Shown in pieces: positions 37,778-48,400 of a stretch of DNA of 64,000 bases. Under the pieces are notes generated by a model that searched no databases, was not told where the DNA came from, and was given only the letters and a program-made list of their open reading frames with translations. Position 1 is the first letter of the stretch, and every line of letters starts with the position of its first letter. The position numbers were made by a program, and so were the translations under genes. This DNA comes from Candidatus Levyibacteriota bacterium (GTDB lineage: Bacteria; Patescibacteriota; Microgenomatia; Levybacterales; UBA12049): the NCBI GenBank assembly GCA_029260905.1, contig JAJDCH010000012.1:2249-66248 (forward strand). Direction: 5' to 3'.

Positions 37778-38857
37778 TCAAAAAAGATTATTAACAACTA
37801 TTTGAAAACTTTTCTTAAAATTTTCAAATTTAAATTTGCTCGAATTCACCACTGCGCCTTCAGGATTTAGCTTTAGTCCATTAAATTTTTTAATTGCTCC
37901 AATTAGTGATTCTTTGGTTTGCTTTTCAAATAAGATTCCTGTTTTATTATCAATTACAATCTCTCTTGCGCCACCTTTTTCAAAAGCAATAATAGGTTTT
38001 CCAAAAATTTGGGCCTCAATCATCACCAATCCCAAATCTTCATATCCAGGAAAAATAAGCGCCTTACAGCTTCGATAATACTTAATAAGCTCTTCATCGC
38101 TTACTTTTCCAACAAATTCAACAGTTGGTCCTGATATTTTTTTATAATACTCAATATCACCATCACCAACTATCTTGAGGTTAATTCCAAGCTCATTTGC
38201 AGCAGCGATTGCAAGATCAACTCTCTTGTACTTTGTAAACTTCGAAAGCCTGGAAACAACCACGAAGTAATTTCCTTCCCTTGATTCTTGATTCTTGATT
38301 CTTGATTCTAACGTTACTGGTGGATAAACAACATCTGCTTCACGTTTGTAATATTTCTTAATCCTTTTTCTAACCTCCTCTGAGATGGCAACAATCTGGT
38401 CAGGCCTTTTTGATGCCTGCAAATCCCAAATTCTCAAACCATTAATAATTGGTTTTGATAATAAACGCAAAATCTTATTTGAAAAATATTCATCATAACC
38501 ACTCCAAAGATAACGAGTGGGAGTAAGCATATAACAGAGGTGCTTTGTCTTTCCTGTTGTTATTATTCCTTTTGCAGACTCGGACGTAACAGATATAACT
38601 AAATCAAAATCTTTAAAATTAAAAGATTCAAAAGCAAATGGCATAAATGGCGCAAAAAATTGATGATAATTTTTTGCAAAAGGAATATTTTGCAAAAAAG
38701 ATGGATTTACCTTAAAAACTTTAGCCCAGGAAGCCTTGTCTTTGTCATAAACAGATGTAAAAAGAGGAGCATCAGGATACAATTTATGAAGTGCCAAAAG
38801 AACACGTTCTGCTCCTCCCCATTTATTTACCCTATCATAGACAAAAGCTACACGCAT
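37778..38857 (-). CDS. GT4 glycosyltransferase
   Basis: GGAERV, KRVDLAI, EDLGLVMIEA (EX7E). Confidence 0.92.
   Translation of the reverse strand: MRVAFVYDRVNKWGGAERVLLALHKLYPDAPLFTSVYDKDKASWAKVFKVNPSFLQNIPFAKNYHQFFAPFMPFAFESFNFKDFDLVISVTSESAKGIITTGKTKHLCYMLTPTRYLWSGYDEYFSNKILRLLSKPIINGLRIWDLQASKRPDQIVAISEEVRKRIKKYYKREADVVYPPVTLESRIKNQESREGNYFVVVSRLSKFTKYKRVDLAIAAANELGINLKIVGDGDIEYYKKISGPTVEFVGKVSDEELIKYYRSCKALIFPGYEDLGLVMIEAQIFGKPIIAFEKGGAREIVIDNKTGILFEKQTKESLIGAIKKFNGLKLNPEGAVVNSSKFKFENFKKSFQIVVNNLF
38280..38309. repeat. Perfect heptamer array CTTGATT x4 in GT4 linker
   Basis: cttgatt x4 + ct; encodes ESRIKNQESR. Confidence 0.95.
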
Positions 38858-38863
38858 ATTTTG

Positions 38864-38922
38864 GCTTATGGCATATAGCTTATGGCATATTGAACCACAA
38901 ACTACTTACTACCCGCTACCTC
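38864..38922. repeat. Intergenic 14-bp (2x7) repeat plus a heptamer array containing the upstream GT stop codon
   Basis: gcttatg gcatata gcttatg gcatatt; ctactta ctacccg ctacctc. Confidence 0.75.
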
Positions 38923-40077
38923 CTTATAAATATTTATTGTTTGTTTTGCCATTTTTTCCCAGGAATACTTCCTAACCCATCCCAGACCCGAGTCAATAAT
39001 TTCTTTTTTCTTTTTATCATCAAGTACATAGACTTCATTCATCTTTTTTGCTATATCCCCAACTGAATTTGGATCAAAATAAAATGCGTGAGTAGAAAGA
39101 ACCTCTCTAAAAACAGCAATATCAGAAACTGCAACCAGAGAACCATGGGATATTGCCTCAACGGGAGTCAAACCAAATCCTTCAGCAAGAGATGGAGAAA
39201 GTAAAGCAATTGAATTCTCATAAAGTCCATAGAGCTCAGCATCTTTTACATTATGTTTAAACACTATGTTTGTGTAATTCTCTTTGTCGATTTTCTCTTC
39301 AAGTTTTTTATAAAAATAATCATCTTTTCCAACAAGAATAAGCATCACATCTTCATTAATATTCGTTCTAAAAACAGAAAATGCTCTTATCAATTTTTCC
39401 AGATTTTTATGCGGATATGCATTCCCAACATATAAAAAGTATGAAGTATTATGTATTAAGTATTTAGTGTTATTTTTTCTTTCCCCTGATGCTTTATGCT
39501 TGCTACTTGATACTGCATAGCCCACTCCCTCATATGTCACTGCAATCTTATCCTCATGAACCCCAAGTGTCTCAATAAGATCTTTCCCAACCGTCTCAGT
39601 TGGAACAATTATTTTCTTTGCTTTATCTACTGCACGTTTTACAACATATTTATAACCAAGCCGCTTGAGATTATACAAAGAAAGGGGAAGAGTGGATGCC
39701 TTGCCTGTCGGGAAATGGCTTATGATCAGATCGTGAATTGTAATAACATACGGCTTTTTATAAAAAGCAGGTGCAGAAAAATATGGAAAGTGCATCAGGT
39801 CAAGCTCCTCTTTATTCAAAATCATGGGAAATCTAACCTGTTCTTCAATTGAATGCCAACGAATATCAGCAATAACAATTTTCCAGTTTTTACTAATTCC
39901 CAATTCCTTACCTGCCTTGCCGGCAAGTAGGTTCCTTATTACTTCATAATCTCTACTGCGGATAAACAAAACATATTCATTGTCTTCATCAATCTTTTGC
40001 AATTCACTAACTAGATTTCTGATATATCTACCAACCCCAGTCTGTCCCCACAGCCTGCAATCAATGCCTATTTTCAT
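38902..40077 (-). CDS. GT4 glycosyltransferase (MtfB-like)
   Basis: MKIGIDCR, GVGRY, TIHDL, YVGNAYPHKN, EGFGLTPVEA. Confidence 0.92.
   Translation of the reverse strand: MKIGIDCRLWGQTGVGRYIRNLVSELQKIDEDNEYVLFIRSRDYEVIRNLLAGKAGKELGISKNWKIVIADIRWHSIEEQVRFPMILNKEELDLMHFPYFSAPAFYKKPYVITIHDLIISHFPTGKASTLPLSLYNLKRLGYKYVVKRAVDKAKKIIVPTETVGKDLIETLGVHEDKIAVTYEGVGYAVSSSKHKASGERKNNTKYLIHNTSYFLYVGNAYPHKNLEKLIRAFSVFRTNINEDVMLILVGKDDYFYKKLEEKIDKENYTNIVFKHNVKDAELYGLYENSIALLSPSLAEGFGLTPVEAISHGSLVAVSDIAVFREVLSTHAFYFDPNSVGDIAKKMNEVYVLDDKKKKEIIDSGLGWVRKYSWEKMAKQTINIYKEVAGSK
39438..39517. repeat. Two degenerate heptamer arrays in the GT4 linker
   Basis: agtatga agtatta tgtatta agtattt agtgtta (NTKYLIHNTSY); tgcttta tgcttgc tacttga tactgca (AVSSSKHKA). 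Confidence 0.75.
39894..39942. repeat. Heptamer array interrupted by a 21-bp GC-rich palindrome (39911-39931)
   Basis: taattcc caattcc tta[cctgccttgccggcaagtagg]ttcc ttattac. Confidence 0.85.
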
Positions 40078-40101
40078 GCAATAAGTATAACACAGGAAAG
40101 T

Positions 40102-41013
40102 TTAAGAAGAGTGTTTTCTATGAAAAATATCAATCCCCTTGTTAACCAGCCAATTTACAAACTTCGGATATTTTTTATCATAATTTTTTTTGAAAAAAAT
40201 TCTCATTGCATCAAAGCGGTGGCCTTGCATTTTTTTCTTAATAACATGATCAGCAGTTATTTCATTATGATTCCTATTTCGAATTCCTGATGCAGCACTT
40301 CCCAGATGGATTATGCTAACATCTGGAACAAAATAAATTTTATACCCCAACTTTTTTAAATCAAAACAAAATTGAATATCCTCACCATAAAAAAAATAGT
40401 CTTCGTCCCACCAATTAATTCTTTCACCCACTTCGCGTCTGACAAAAAGAAACGCACCAGATATCACATCTACCTCATGAATTTTTGATAAATCTTTAAA
40501 GCCCTGGATATATCCACCAAACAATTTTGTTTTTGGAAGTATTTTCTCAAGTCGGGAAAAATGAGCAAATGCATTCCAAGGCGTTGGAAATCCACGATGA
40601 CAGGCATCATCAAGTGCACCATCAACTGTTTCGATCCTACAAGTCACAGCTCCAGCATCTTTATTTTCATCCATAAATTCAATCATCTGATTTAAGGTCT
40701 TAGGATTTACAATAGTGTCGGGATTTAGAAACAAAACATATTTGCCATTGGCAAGAGACAATGCTTTATTATTACCCTTTGCAAAACCAATATTTTGCTT
40801 ATTATCAATAACTACAAAGTTTTTAACTTTTGTCTGCTTTTTATATTTTTCAAACACAGCAAGGGATCCATCGGGGCTTGCGTTATCTGCCAAAATAATT
40901 TCAAATTTACCTGATGCAACTTCATGAGGATAATTCTCCTCAATCGATTTCACACAATCAAGCGCTAGGTCTTTCGTATTATAATTTAGAATAATTATTG
41001 ATAATTCTCTCAT
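40102..41013 (-). CDS. GT2 glycosyltransferase (WbbL/rhamnosyltransferase-like)
   Basis: SIIILNYN, DNASPDGS, NIGFAKGNN, LFLNPD, DEDYFFYGED. Confidence 0.9.
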   Translation of the reverse strand: MRELSIIILNYNTKDLALDCVKSIEENYPHEVASGKFEIILADNASPDGSLAVFEKYKKQTKVKNFVVIDNKQNIGFAKGNNKALSLANGKYVLFLNPDTIVNPKTLNQMIEFMDENKDAGAVTCRIETVDGALDDACHRGFPTPWNAFAHFSRLEKILPKTKLFGGYIQGFKDLSKIHEVDVISGAFLFVRREVGERINWWDEDYFFYGEDIQFCFDLKKLGYKIYFVPDVSIIHLGSAASGIRNRNHNEITADHVIKKKMQGHRFDAMRIFFKKNYDKKYPKFVNWLVNKGIDIFHRKHSS

Positions 41014-41021
41014 CGTAAATC

Positions 41022-42229
41022 TTACTCCTTATATCCTACATCTTCATAAACCCGATTTAGTTTCTCAGCTATACTTTTCCAGGTATATTTTTGCTCCACC
41101 AACTTCCGTCCATTTTTACTTATTCTTTCATAAAGTTTTTCATCTTCCAAAAGACTTATGGTTTTTATTGCCAAATCAATTGATAGATCAGATGCCATAA
41201 TGTCCTCATTATCTTTTGCGCCAAGACTATCTGCGCTCATTTTTGTGGTTATAACTGGTGTTCCACAACTCATGCTTTCCAAAATCTTATAACTTGTCCC
41301 ACCACCAACTCTTATTGGAGCAAGCAAGACATCTGCTTTCTGAAAAATCTTCTCAGTTGGCAATTCAGAATTTTTTTCATCGAACAAAATATCTGGATCA
41401 TTTGTTAGATTTTTAATTGAGGTAGAAATTTTTCTCCCCACAACCCACAACTGGATCTTTGATCTTTGATCTTTGATCTAATTTTTGGCCAGATTTCTTC
41501 AATTATGAATTTTACAGAATCTCTATTTTGTATCCATTTAAAATCTCCAATAAATAGTATCTGCTTTGATCTTTGATCTTTGATCTTTGATCTTTGGAGA
41601 AACACGAACTTTTCCGTATCCACTCCATTTGAAACAACTTCAGCGCTAGCTCCTGCATCCCTCATCACTTTTTTATCTTCTTCAGAAACAGCAATCAATT
41701 TGTCGGCTTTTTTCCACGAAGCTTCTTCTTCTTTTTTTATTTTTGCGATATCAATATTCAAAAATGGTCGCATAAAAAAAGGCGCTTTGTCAACAAATCT
41801 CTGATAAACCTGATATTCGATATTGTGCTCTGCCAAAACAATTGGAATCTTTGTTGTGGGCAGATTGTGCATGACATAAAATGTTTCAATGTGAATAAGA
41901 TCATATTTATTTTCTTTCAACTCTTTCTCAATCTCTTCTTTAAGCAAAAAATTGGTATGTCCGATTCTTAGAAAAGAATCATTACCCTTTATTGAATAAA
42001 AAACATTTTTCAAAGACCACTGTCTACCTGTCGCAACTGAAATTACTTTTTTACAAATTTTCTGAAGAACTTTTATATCATTATCAGTTATCGTTTGCCT
42101 AAATCTTTTCTCACAAATAAGTGTAATTTCGTGTTTTTTCGACAACTCTTTTAAGAGATTAAATAGCCGCACTTGTCCACCAGAATACAAAGGGTATGGA
42201 AAATAAGATGAAACAACAAGTATCTTCAT
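41022..42229 (-). pseudogene. GT4 glycosyltransferase split by a frameshift in an AAAGATC array (ORFs 41405-42229 and 41022-41450)
   Basis: N-half ends IWPKIRSKIKDQRS; C-half QLWVVGRK...APIRVGGGTSYKILESMSCG continues in another frame. Confidence 0.88.
41454..41597. repeat. Two GATCTTT/AAAGATC heptamer arrays (41454-41480 frameshifting; 41564-41597 in frame)
   Basis: gatcttt x3 + gatcta; ctttgat x4 + ctttgg. Confidence 0.95.
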
Positions 42230-42232
42230 AAA

Positions 42233-43990
42233 TTATGAATCAACAATAAAACCTTTTACTTGATGATCCCACATAGTCTTAAATACTCCATTTTTTTTCT
42301 TTAAAAGCCTGTTCGGATCTCCGTCTTCAACAATTTTTCCTTCATTTATCACTATAATTCTGTCCATTTTCTTTAAGGTTGAGAGTCTATGCGCTATTGC
42401 AACTACGGTTCTTTTTTTCATCAACTTCTCCAAAGACTCCTGAACAGCATGCTCACTTTCACTATCAAGGCTGCTTGTTGCTTCATCAAGAATTAAGATT
42501 GGAGCGTTTTTGATAAAGGCTCTTGCAATTGCAATCCTTTGCCTTTGCCCTCCTGACAGCTTCACCCCGCGCTCTCCAACAAGTGTATCATAACCCTTTG
42601 GAAGCTTCATTATAAAATCATGCGCCTGCGCCAATTTAGAAGAATTTATCACATCATTTTCAGAGGCAGAAGGATTACTATAGATTATGTTTTCTCTTAT
42701 ACTTCTATGAAACATGCTTGTATCTTGAGGAACAAAAGCAATCGCACGTCTCAAGCTATCAAGTGTTACGAGTGAAATATTTTGGCCATCAATTTTTATC
42801 TCGCCTTTTCTTATATCAAAATGACGAAGAATTAGAGATACGAAAGTTGTTTTACCCGCACCAGATCTTCCAACCAGTCCCACCTTTTCACCAGATAATA
42901 TTTTTAAAGAAAAGTCTCTAAATATTCTGGTATTATCATATTCAAACGTTATATTATCAAAAACAATATCTCCTTTTTCCGCCCTTAAATCAACCGAGCC
43001 TTTTCTGTTGACAATTGAATGTTCTTTTAAAATCTCAGAAAGTCCTTCTTTTGTTTTTCCATAATTTTCAGCTGTATCTCTTAGCTGTTCACCGATAAAA
43101 AACAACTGACTTGACATTTCTGTAACTATTGCAATAACCATCACAATCACTCCGATACTAATCAGTTCGTTCTGGAAAAGATAAATAGATGTTCCTATCA
43201 TCATAAAAATAAAACCAAAAATTAAGATTCCGTTTATTGTAAGCGTGTACTCAAAATATCTCCATTGCTTAAGGCCAGTATCGTGTTGATTTTTAACAAA
43301 TCCGCCTATATATTTCCTTTCGCCCGATACTGAAGCATATTCATGAACCAGGGAAATGTTGGATAAAGAGTCAACTATTCTTCCTTTTAATGCTGACAGT
43401 GATGAGGCAAATTTATAAGCATGAGGTTGTAGAATTTTTGCAAACCAGATATTTGCACCCAGAAAAAGAACTGCCCAAGCTACGATAATAACACCAAGCC
43501 TGAAATCGCTTTGCCATGCAATCCCAACATACCATACAAGCCCGACAATAAGTGGTAAAAACTGCCACAAAATTTTTTCAAATATTGATTCAGCGCCATC
43601 AACAGCATTCGAAACTTTATTCGTAAGCGCTCCTGCAAATCTACTATTAAAGTAATCCTTGCTATGCAGAGTTAAGTATTCATAAAGTTTTCTATATGCA
43701 GATGTCCTCAAATTCATAAACCACTGCATTCCCGTGAACCCACTTCCTCTCCAAAATATATGAGCCACAAGATAAAAAATAGGGTATAAAACACCCCACA
43801 CCCAGACTGTTTCAATACTAATTGGGTCTGCTGCAACTGAATCTGTCAAATTTCTAAGAACTATAATACCTATCCTCTCACTAGCAGTTGCAAGAAATAC
43901 GAATATCAATGCGCTTATCGCCCATTTCTTATGAATTTTGGTAATAAAAAGTCCAAATGAGATTGGATTTTTGGGAATCTTATTTTCCAT
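42233..43990 (-). CDS. ABC exporter, fused TMD + NBD
   Basis: GRSGAGKT, VPQD, LSGGQRQR, ILILDEATS, AHRLST. Confidence 0.95.
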   Translation of the reverse strand: MENKIPKNPISFGLFITKIHKKWAISALIFVFLATASERIGIIVLRNLTDSVAADPISIETVWVWGVLYPIFYLVAHIFWRGSGFTGMQWFMNLRTSAYRKLYEYLTLHSKDYFNSRFAGALTNKVSNAVDGAESIFEKILWQFLPLIVGLVWYVGIAWQSDFRLGVIIVAWAVLFLGANIWFAKILQPHAYKFASSLSALKGRIVDSLSNISLVHEYASVSGERKYIGGFVKNQHDTGLKQWRYFEYTLTINGILIFGFIFMMIGTSIYLFQNELISIGVIVMVIAIVTEMSSQLFFIGEQLRDTAENYGKTKEGLSEILKEHSIVNRKGSVDLRAEKGDIVFDNITFEYDNTRIFRDFSLKILSGEKVGLVGRSGAGKTTFVSLILRHFDIRKGEIKIDGQNISLVTLDSLRRAIAFVPQDTSMFHRSIRENIIYSNPSASENDVINSSKLAQAHDFIMKLPKGYDTLVGERGVKLSGGQRQRIAIARAFIKNAPILILDEATSSLDSESEHAVQESLEKLMKKRTVVAIAHRLSTLKKMDRIIVINEGKIVEDGDPNRLLKKKNGVFKTMWDHQVKGFIVDS

Positions 43991-44023
43991 AAATAAATTA
44001 TAGCAGAATACGAGGCTAAAAGT

Positions 44024-45454
44024 TTATTTTCTAATATCAAAAATTACATATTGAGAATCACTCTTTATAATATTATACTGCCTAGCAAAATTTAGCTCAT
44101 TTTTTCCTGGGTTAACAAGGATCATATAATCAGCTCCTTTTTCTACCATTTCTTCGACTGAGTTTTGCTGACTCGCCCAACCTTTTCTCTTAGTCTGATA
44201 CAGAAATGATGTGTCTCCATCATAGACTGCAATTACTTTTGCACCCCTTGGAGTCAAACGATCAACTGCCATGCCAGCTGCAATTATAGATCTATTGTTG
44301 ATATTAAAGTAATCCTTTATCTGATTCCAGCCAAAATAGAAAAGACAGAATATGCAAGTCAACAAAATTACTTTACCTAGGGTTGATTTATACAAATAAA
44401 AACTTCCTATTGCAAAAATGATCGAAAGACTGGGCATGATGAGAATCTGATAATAGTCATGCTGCACATTTCCTGTTGCAAAAACAGTCACATAAAATAT
44501 AGAACTGATCAAAAAAGAAGATAAAAAAATCCATTCTTTGAGCATACGAATTTTCCATATCCCAAAAAACAAAATCACAACACCTAGATATCCACTAATT
44601 AATTTTATTATTCTTTCATAGCCAATCCAACGGAAAAAGGAAGGCCTAAAACGAATCCCATTTCCATTTAAAAGCCACTTACCCGCTGGCACACCTTCAG
44701 GAAACTGCATAATCCAGATCCTCCAAAACGCCAATGGCGTTACTGTCAAAATGGCAAAAAGCCAGAGTTGCCATTTTTTTAAAAACCCCCAACCCCATTT
44801 TTGATAAGAAAGAACAATCATCGGAAGTGTAAAAAATAATGCATAAGGCTTGAGAAGAAAAGCTGATGCAGTAAATATTGTTGCCAGTAAAAAATATATT
44901 GTGCTTTTGGTTTTGAGCTTTATGCTTTTTCCAATCCACAGATCAAAAAAATAAACACCACCCAGAATTGCAGCTACCATCAAAGTATCAGGCAAGATCG
45001 TCCTTCCATAATAAATGTTATAAGGAATAAATGCGTAAAAGAAACTACTTAAAAGTCCAAGCATTTTATTACTTTTTCTTGCAACAATCAAATATAAAAA
45101 CAGGGACGAGAAAACAGAAGAGATTATACTAACCAACCTTCCCCATTCTTCAAGCGTAAAAAAACCAAATGTCTTAAATAAAAATGCTTGTTTGATGTTA
45201 TAAATCGGAAACTCCACCATCCTATATCCTTCGGGGTTATCTATCCCTGATGGAACATTTGAGAGATCATGGTATTTGGGATGAAGTATGTCAAATCCCT
45301 TTTCAACAAATTCTCTTGAAACACTGGAGGTGTCAGCCTGGCGCCAACTATGCCAGTCAGCAATAGGACTATCAAACCTGTAAAGACGCACCAAAAATCC
45401 ACCAATTAAAATCAAAACGAGGATAAAAATATGTAGCTTTTTCTTTGAAAACAT
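44024..45454 (-). CDS. GT-C (ArnT/PMT-like) membrane glycosyltransferase
   Basis: HSWRQADT, EFPIY, RTILPD, LLKP, HDYYQ; multi-TM. Confidence 0.8.
   Translation of the reverse strand: MFSKKKLHIFILVLILIGGFLVRLYRFDSPIADWHSWRQADTSSVSREFVEKGFDILHPKYHDLSNVPSGIDNPEGYRMVEFPIYNIKQAFLFKTFGFFTLEEWGRLVSIISSVFSSLFLYLIVARKSNKMLGLLSSFFYAFIPYNIYYGRTILPDTLMVAAILGGVYFFDLWIGKSIKLKTKSTIYFLLATIFTASAFLLKPYALFFTLPMIVLSYQKWGWGFLKKWQLWLFAILTVTPLAFWRIWIMQFPEGVPAGKWLLNGNGIRFRPSFFRWIGYERIIKLISGYLGVVILFFGIWKIRMLKEWIFLSSFLISSIFYVTVFATGNVQHDYYQILIMPSLSIIFAIGSFYLYKSTLGKVILLTCIFCLFYFGWNQIKDYFNINNRSIIAAGMAVDRLTPRGAKVIAVYDGDTSFLYQTKRKGWASQQNSVEEMVEKGADYMILVNPGKNELNFARQYNIIKSDSQYVIFDIRK
44903..44930. repeat. Degenerate heptamer array in a loop of the GT-C gene
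   Basis: gcttttg gttttga gctttat gcttttt; encodes KSIKLKTKS. Confidence 0.7.
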
Positions 45455-45465
45455 TTATCTTAATA

Positions 45466-48400
45466 CTATTTAACTCTTGCAATATCACCATATTTATCAA
45501 AGCTAAATATATAACTGCTTGTTGGATTTTTTAATGCTTCTTTTTTTGCAAGACCTATTGAATCAACATATGTTATATTTGGCAGATTATCCCCATAAAT
45601 AAACCACAAACCATCCTCAACCCCGGTTGGAAACGCCCAAACACCCTTGTATTTAACAGGTGTATTAACAAGATACACATAATCCTTATTATTAAGATTT
45701 TGATAATTTGCTCTAAAGAAATAAAGCGTATTTTTGGTAACAAATCCTGATTCTTTCCATTTATTTTCTGCTTTTACCAAACTTTGATAATAAAAAAGTA
45801 ACAATACAAAAACAAAAACAAAAGCTATTAATGCTTTGTGCTTTTTATTTATCTTGGCAGAAACAAGATTAACAAAATATATCAAACTAATTGAAAAACC
45901 AATTGACGCAAGATACATATATCGATCAGCAATATTTCCAAGACCTAGAAAGGGAATTAGCGCAGAAAAAGCAAACACAATTCCAAAAACGATCTCTTTT
46001 CCATCTTTTCCAAAAAAGTCATTAATTACCTTTCTGGATTTATAAATAACAAATGATGCTACTCCCAAAAAGATTATTATTAAAAAACCAACGGTAAAAG
46101 AATTGTCTCTTAATCCATCTCTTAAAGAATTATAAACCGGAAGAACCAAGTCTCCTCCCAGAAAAAGCGCGATATACCCTAAGAAATTACCTATAATATT
46201 TGGGATAAGTTTTAAGAAATTATAAGTATAGTCACCTCCAGATTGAAATGCATCTGCAAAAATTCTAAGTATGTAATATGCGGGAATAAGCGCAAAAAAC
46301 AAAACATGCGGGAGGTAATACTTCAACTTTTTTGTTGCCCTAAAAAGACAAATATCAATAGCTAGAAAAACAAAAGGAATCGCAACTGCTATTTCATATG
46401 AGGCAAACGCTAAAAGACTAAATACAAATGCCAGACAGTATGACAAAATAGATCTTTTTTCCCTGAATCTATAAAAACTAATAAGTCCATAAATTATAAA
46501 AACCACTGCCAAAACACCAGATAACCCTGAATACCAAAAAACATTTTCTGCATGAGTTGGGTGAATTGCAAAAATAATCGAAACCAAAAATGCAATCCAA
46601 CCTTTTTTGCTCACTTGTTTTGCAAAAAGAAATACGCCAATAATTCCAAGATAATGAAGAAATGTAATAAATACATGATAGGCATGTGGCTGAAATGAAA
46701 ATATAACGTAAAGAAAATAAGTAATTATTTTATCAAGCGGTCTATAGAAAAATCCCTGAGCGTCAACAAAATGCTTTAGGAGCATTGATCCATCATCGTT
46801 TGCTGCCCATCTAAGCCAGGTAAAATCATCTGCGACAAAAAAGTTTCCCATTGATGGAAGAAATACAAAAACAATTATCATTAATAGATAAAAAAAGTAT
46901 GCAATATTTGTTGTGAGAACTCGACCAAGCTCTGTAATCCAGGATATTTTATTTTTTTGATAAAGAAGAAGGGAACCAACTCCAATACCAGATAATATCC
47001 ACAAGCTTTCAGCCACTTTTGATGCCTCAAAAACATCAATCAATATCGCATTTACCAAAAGCCCCAACACGCCTCCGGCTAGACCATACGCAAACCCACT
47101 TGCTAAAGAAGGCTTTGATATTGGAGCAAGTTTTAAAAGAACGACATACAGCATCACAAAAATACCGATAAAACTAAAAAGCCCCAACACGCCAGTCTCG
47201 CCTATTGCCCTAAAATAATCATTATCAGTTGCAAGAGTTATGGTTGAATAACCACTTCCCAAAAGCTTATTTCTTTCATACGCTTTCCAGGCATTTGGCC
47301 ACTCAGCCTGGAATCTGGTTGTAAAAGATATATCATAAAGAAGAACTTTTTTTACCAGAAAACTTCCGGAAACTGTTGATATCTGAACACTGCCACTCTG
47401 AAGCCTTCTTCTCCTTGCCTCTTCAGGAGTAAGTGTTCTTTTTACAATGGCAGAATCAGTTTTTTCCAAATCCTTATCTTGAGACAAACCAATAAATGCA
47501 GATCCCTCAGGAAGCTCTTCTCCTGAATTGGGTCCTTCTATGTCAGATTTTAATCCACTTGGCACTGTTCCACCAATCAACTTTCCCTGATCGTCAACCA
47601 CAACCTCTGCAACTCGAAATGTAGAAAGAAATCTCCTTGCAGTTGACTCACTAAAAATCGATAAAAATAAAACACTTATTATCAAAAGAGGAATAATAAG
47701 AATTTTTTTCTTATACAAGACTAGAGTAAAAATGCTTCCTATCACAAATGCAACAAAAGCTGCTCTTTGAGCCGTAAAAACAAGCATGATAATACCACTT
47801 AGAAAAATCAAGCCAGTCAGAATTTTCCAAATCCTTTTTTTGATTGCCAAAAATCCACCCAAAATGATCGGAATCACAAGTACAGAATAAGCCGCCAAAT
47901 CATAGGATCCTCCAAAAGTACTGGTAATCCTGCCTCCTGGTGGCAGACAAAGAGGTATTCCTTTTGCAAATTCTTCATTCCCTGTCTGAAATGATGGAAA
48001 ACAAGCTCTTATTTCTTGAAGACTAGGAAGCGCGCTCCACAAAATTAGATAATATCTCTGACCAAGCGCATAAAGAAAAACAGCAGAGGCAGTACTTGCA
48101 AGAATTACAAAAAAGTCTCTGAGGTCACTTTTTTCTTTTATTGCAGAAAAGGCAACAAAGAAAAGAATCAAATACTCAATTCTTCTTATATATGAAAGGA
48201 CAGCAATGCTTGGGAAAAAATTTGTGAGATTGGGGGCTATGAACAAAAACGAAAAAACAAGTGATAAAAGCCCAACCAACCAGTACAATCCAACCGATAC
48301 AGACATTGGCTTAAACAAGCTTACTTTTTTTCGCAGAAGCTGCACAAACCAGATAAAAACAGTTATAAGTATGAAAAAATCTTCAAGTCTTATATAGACC

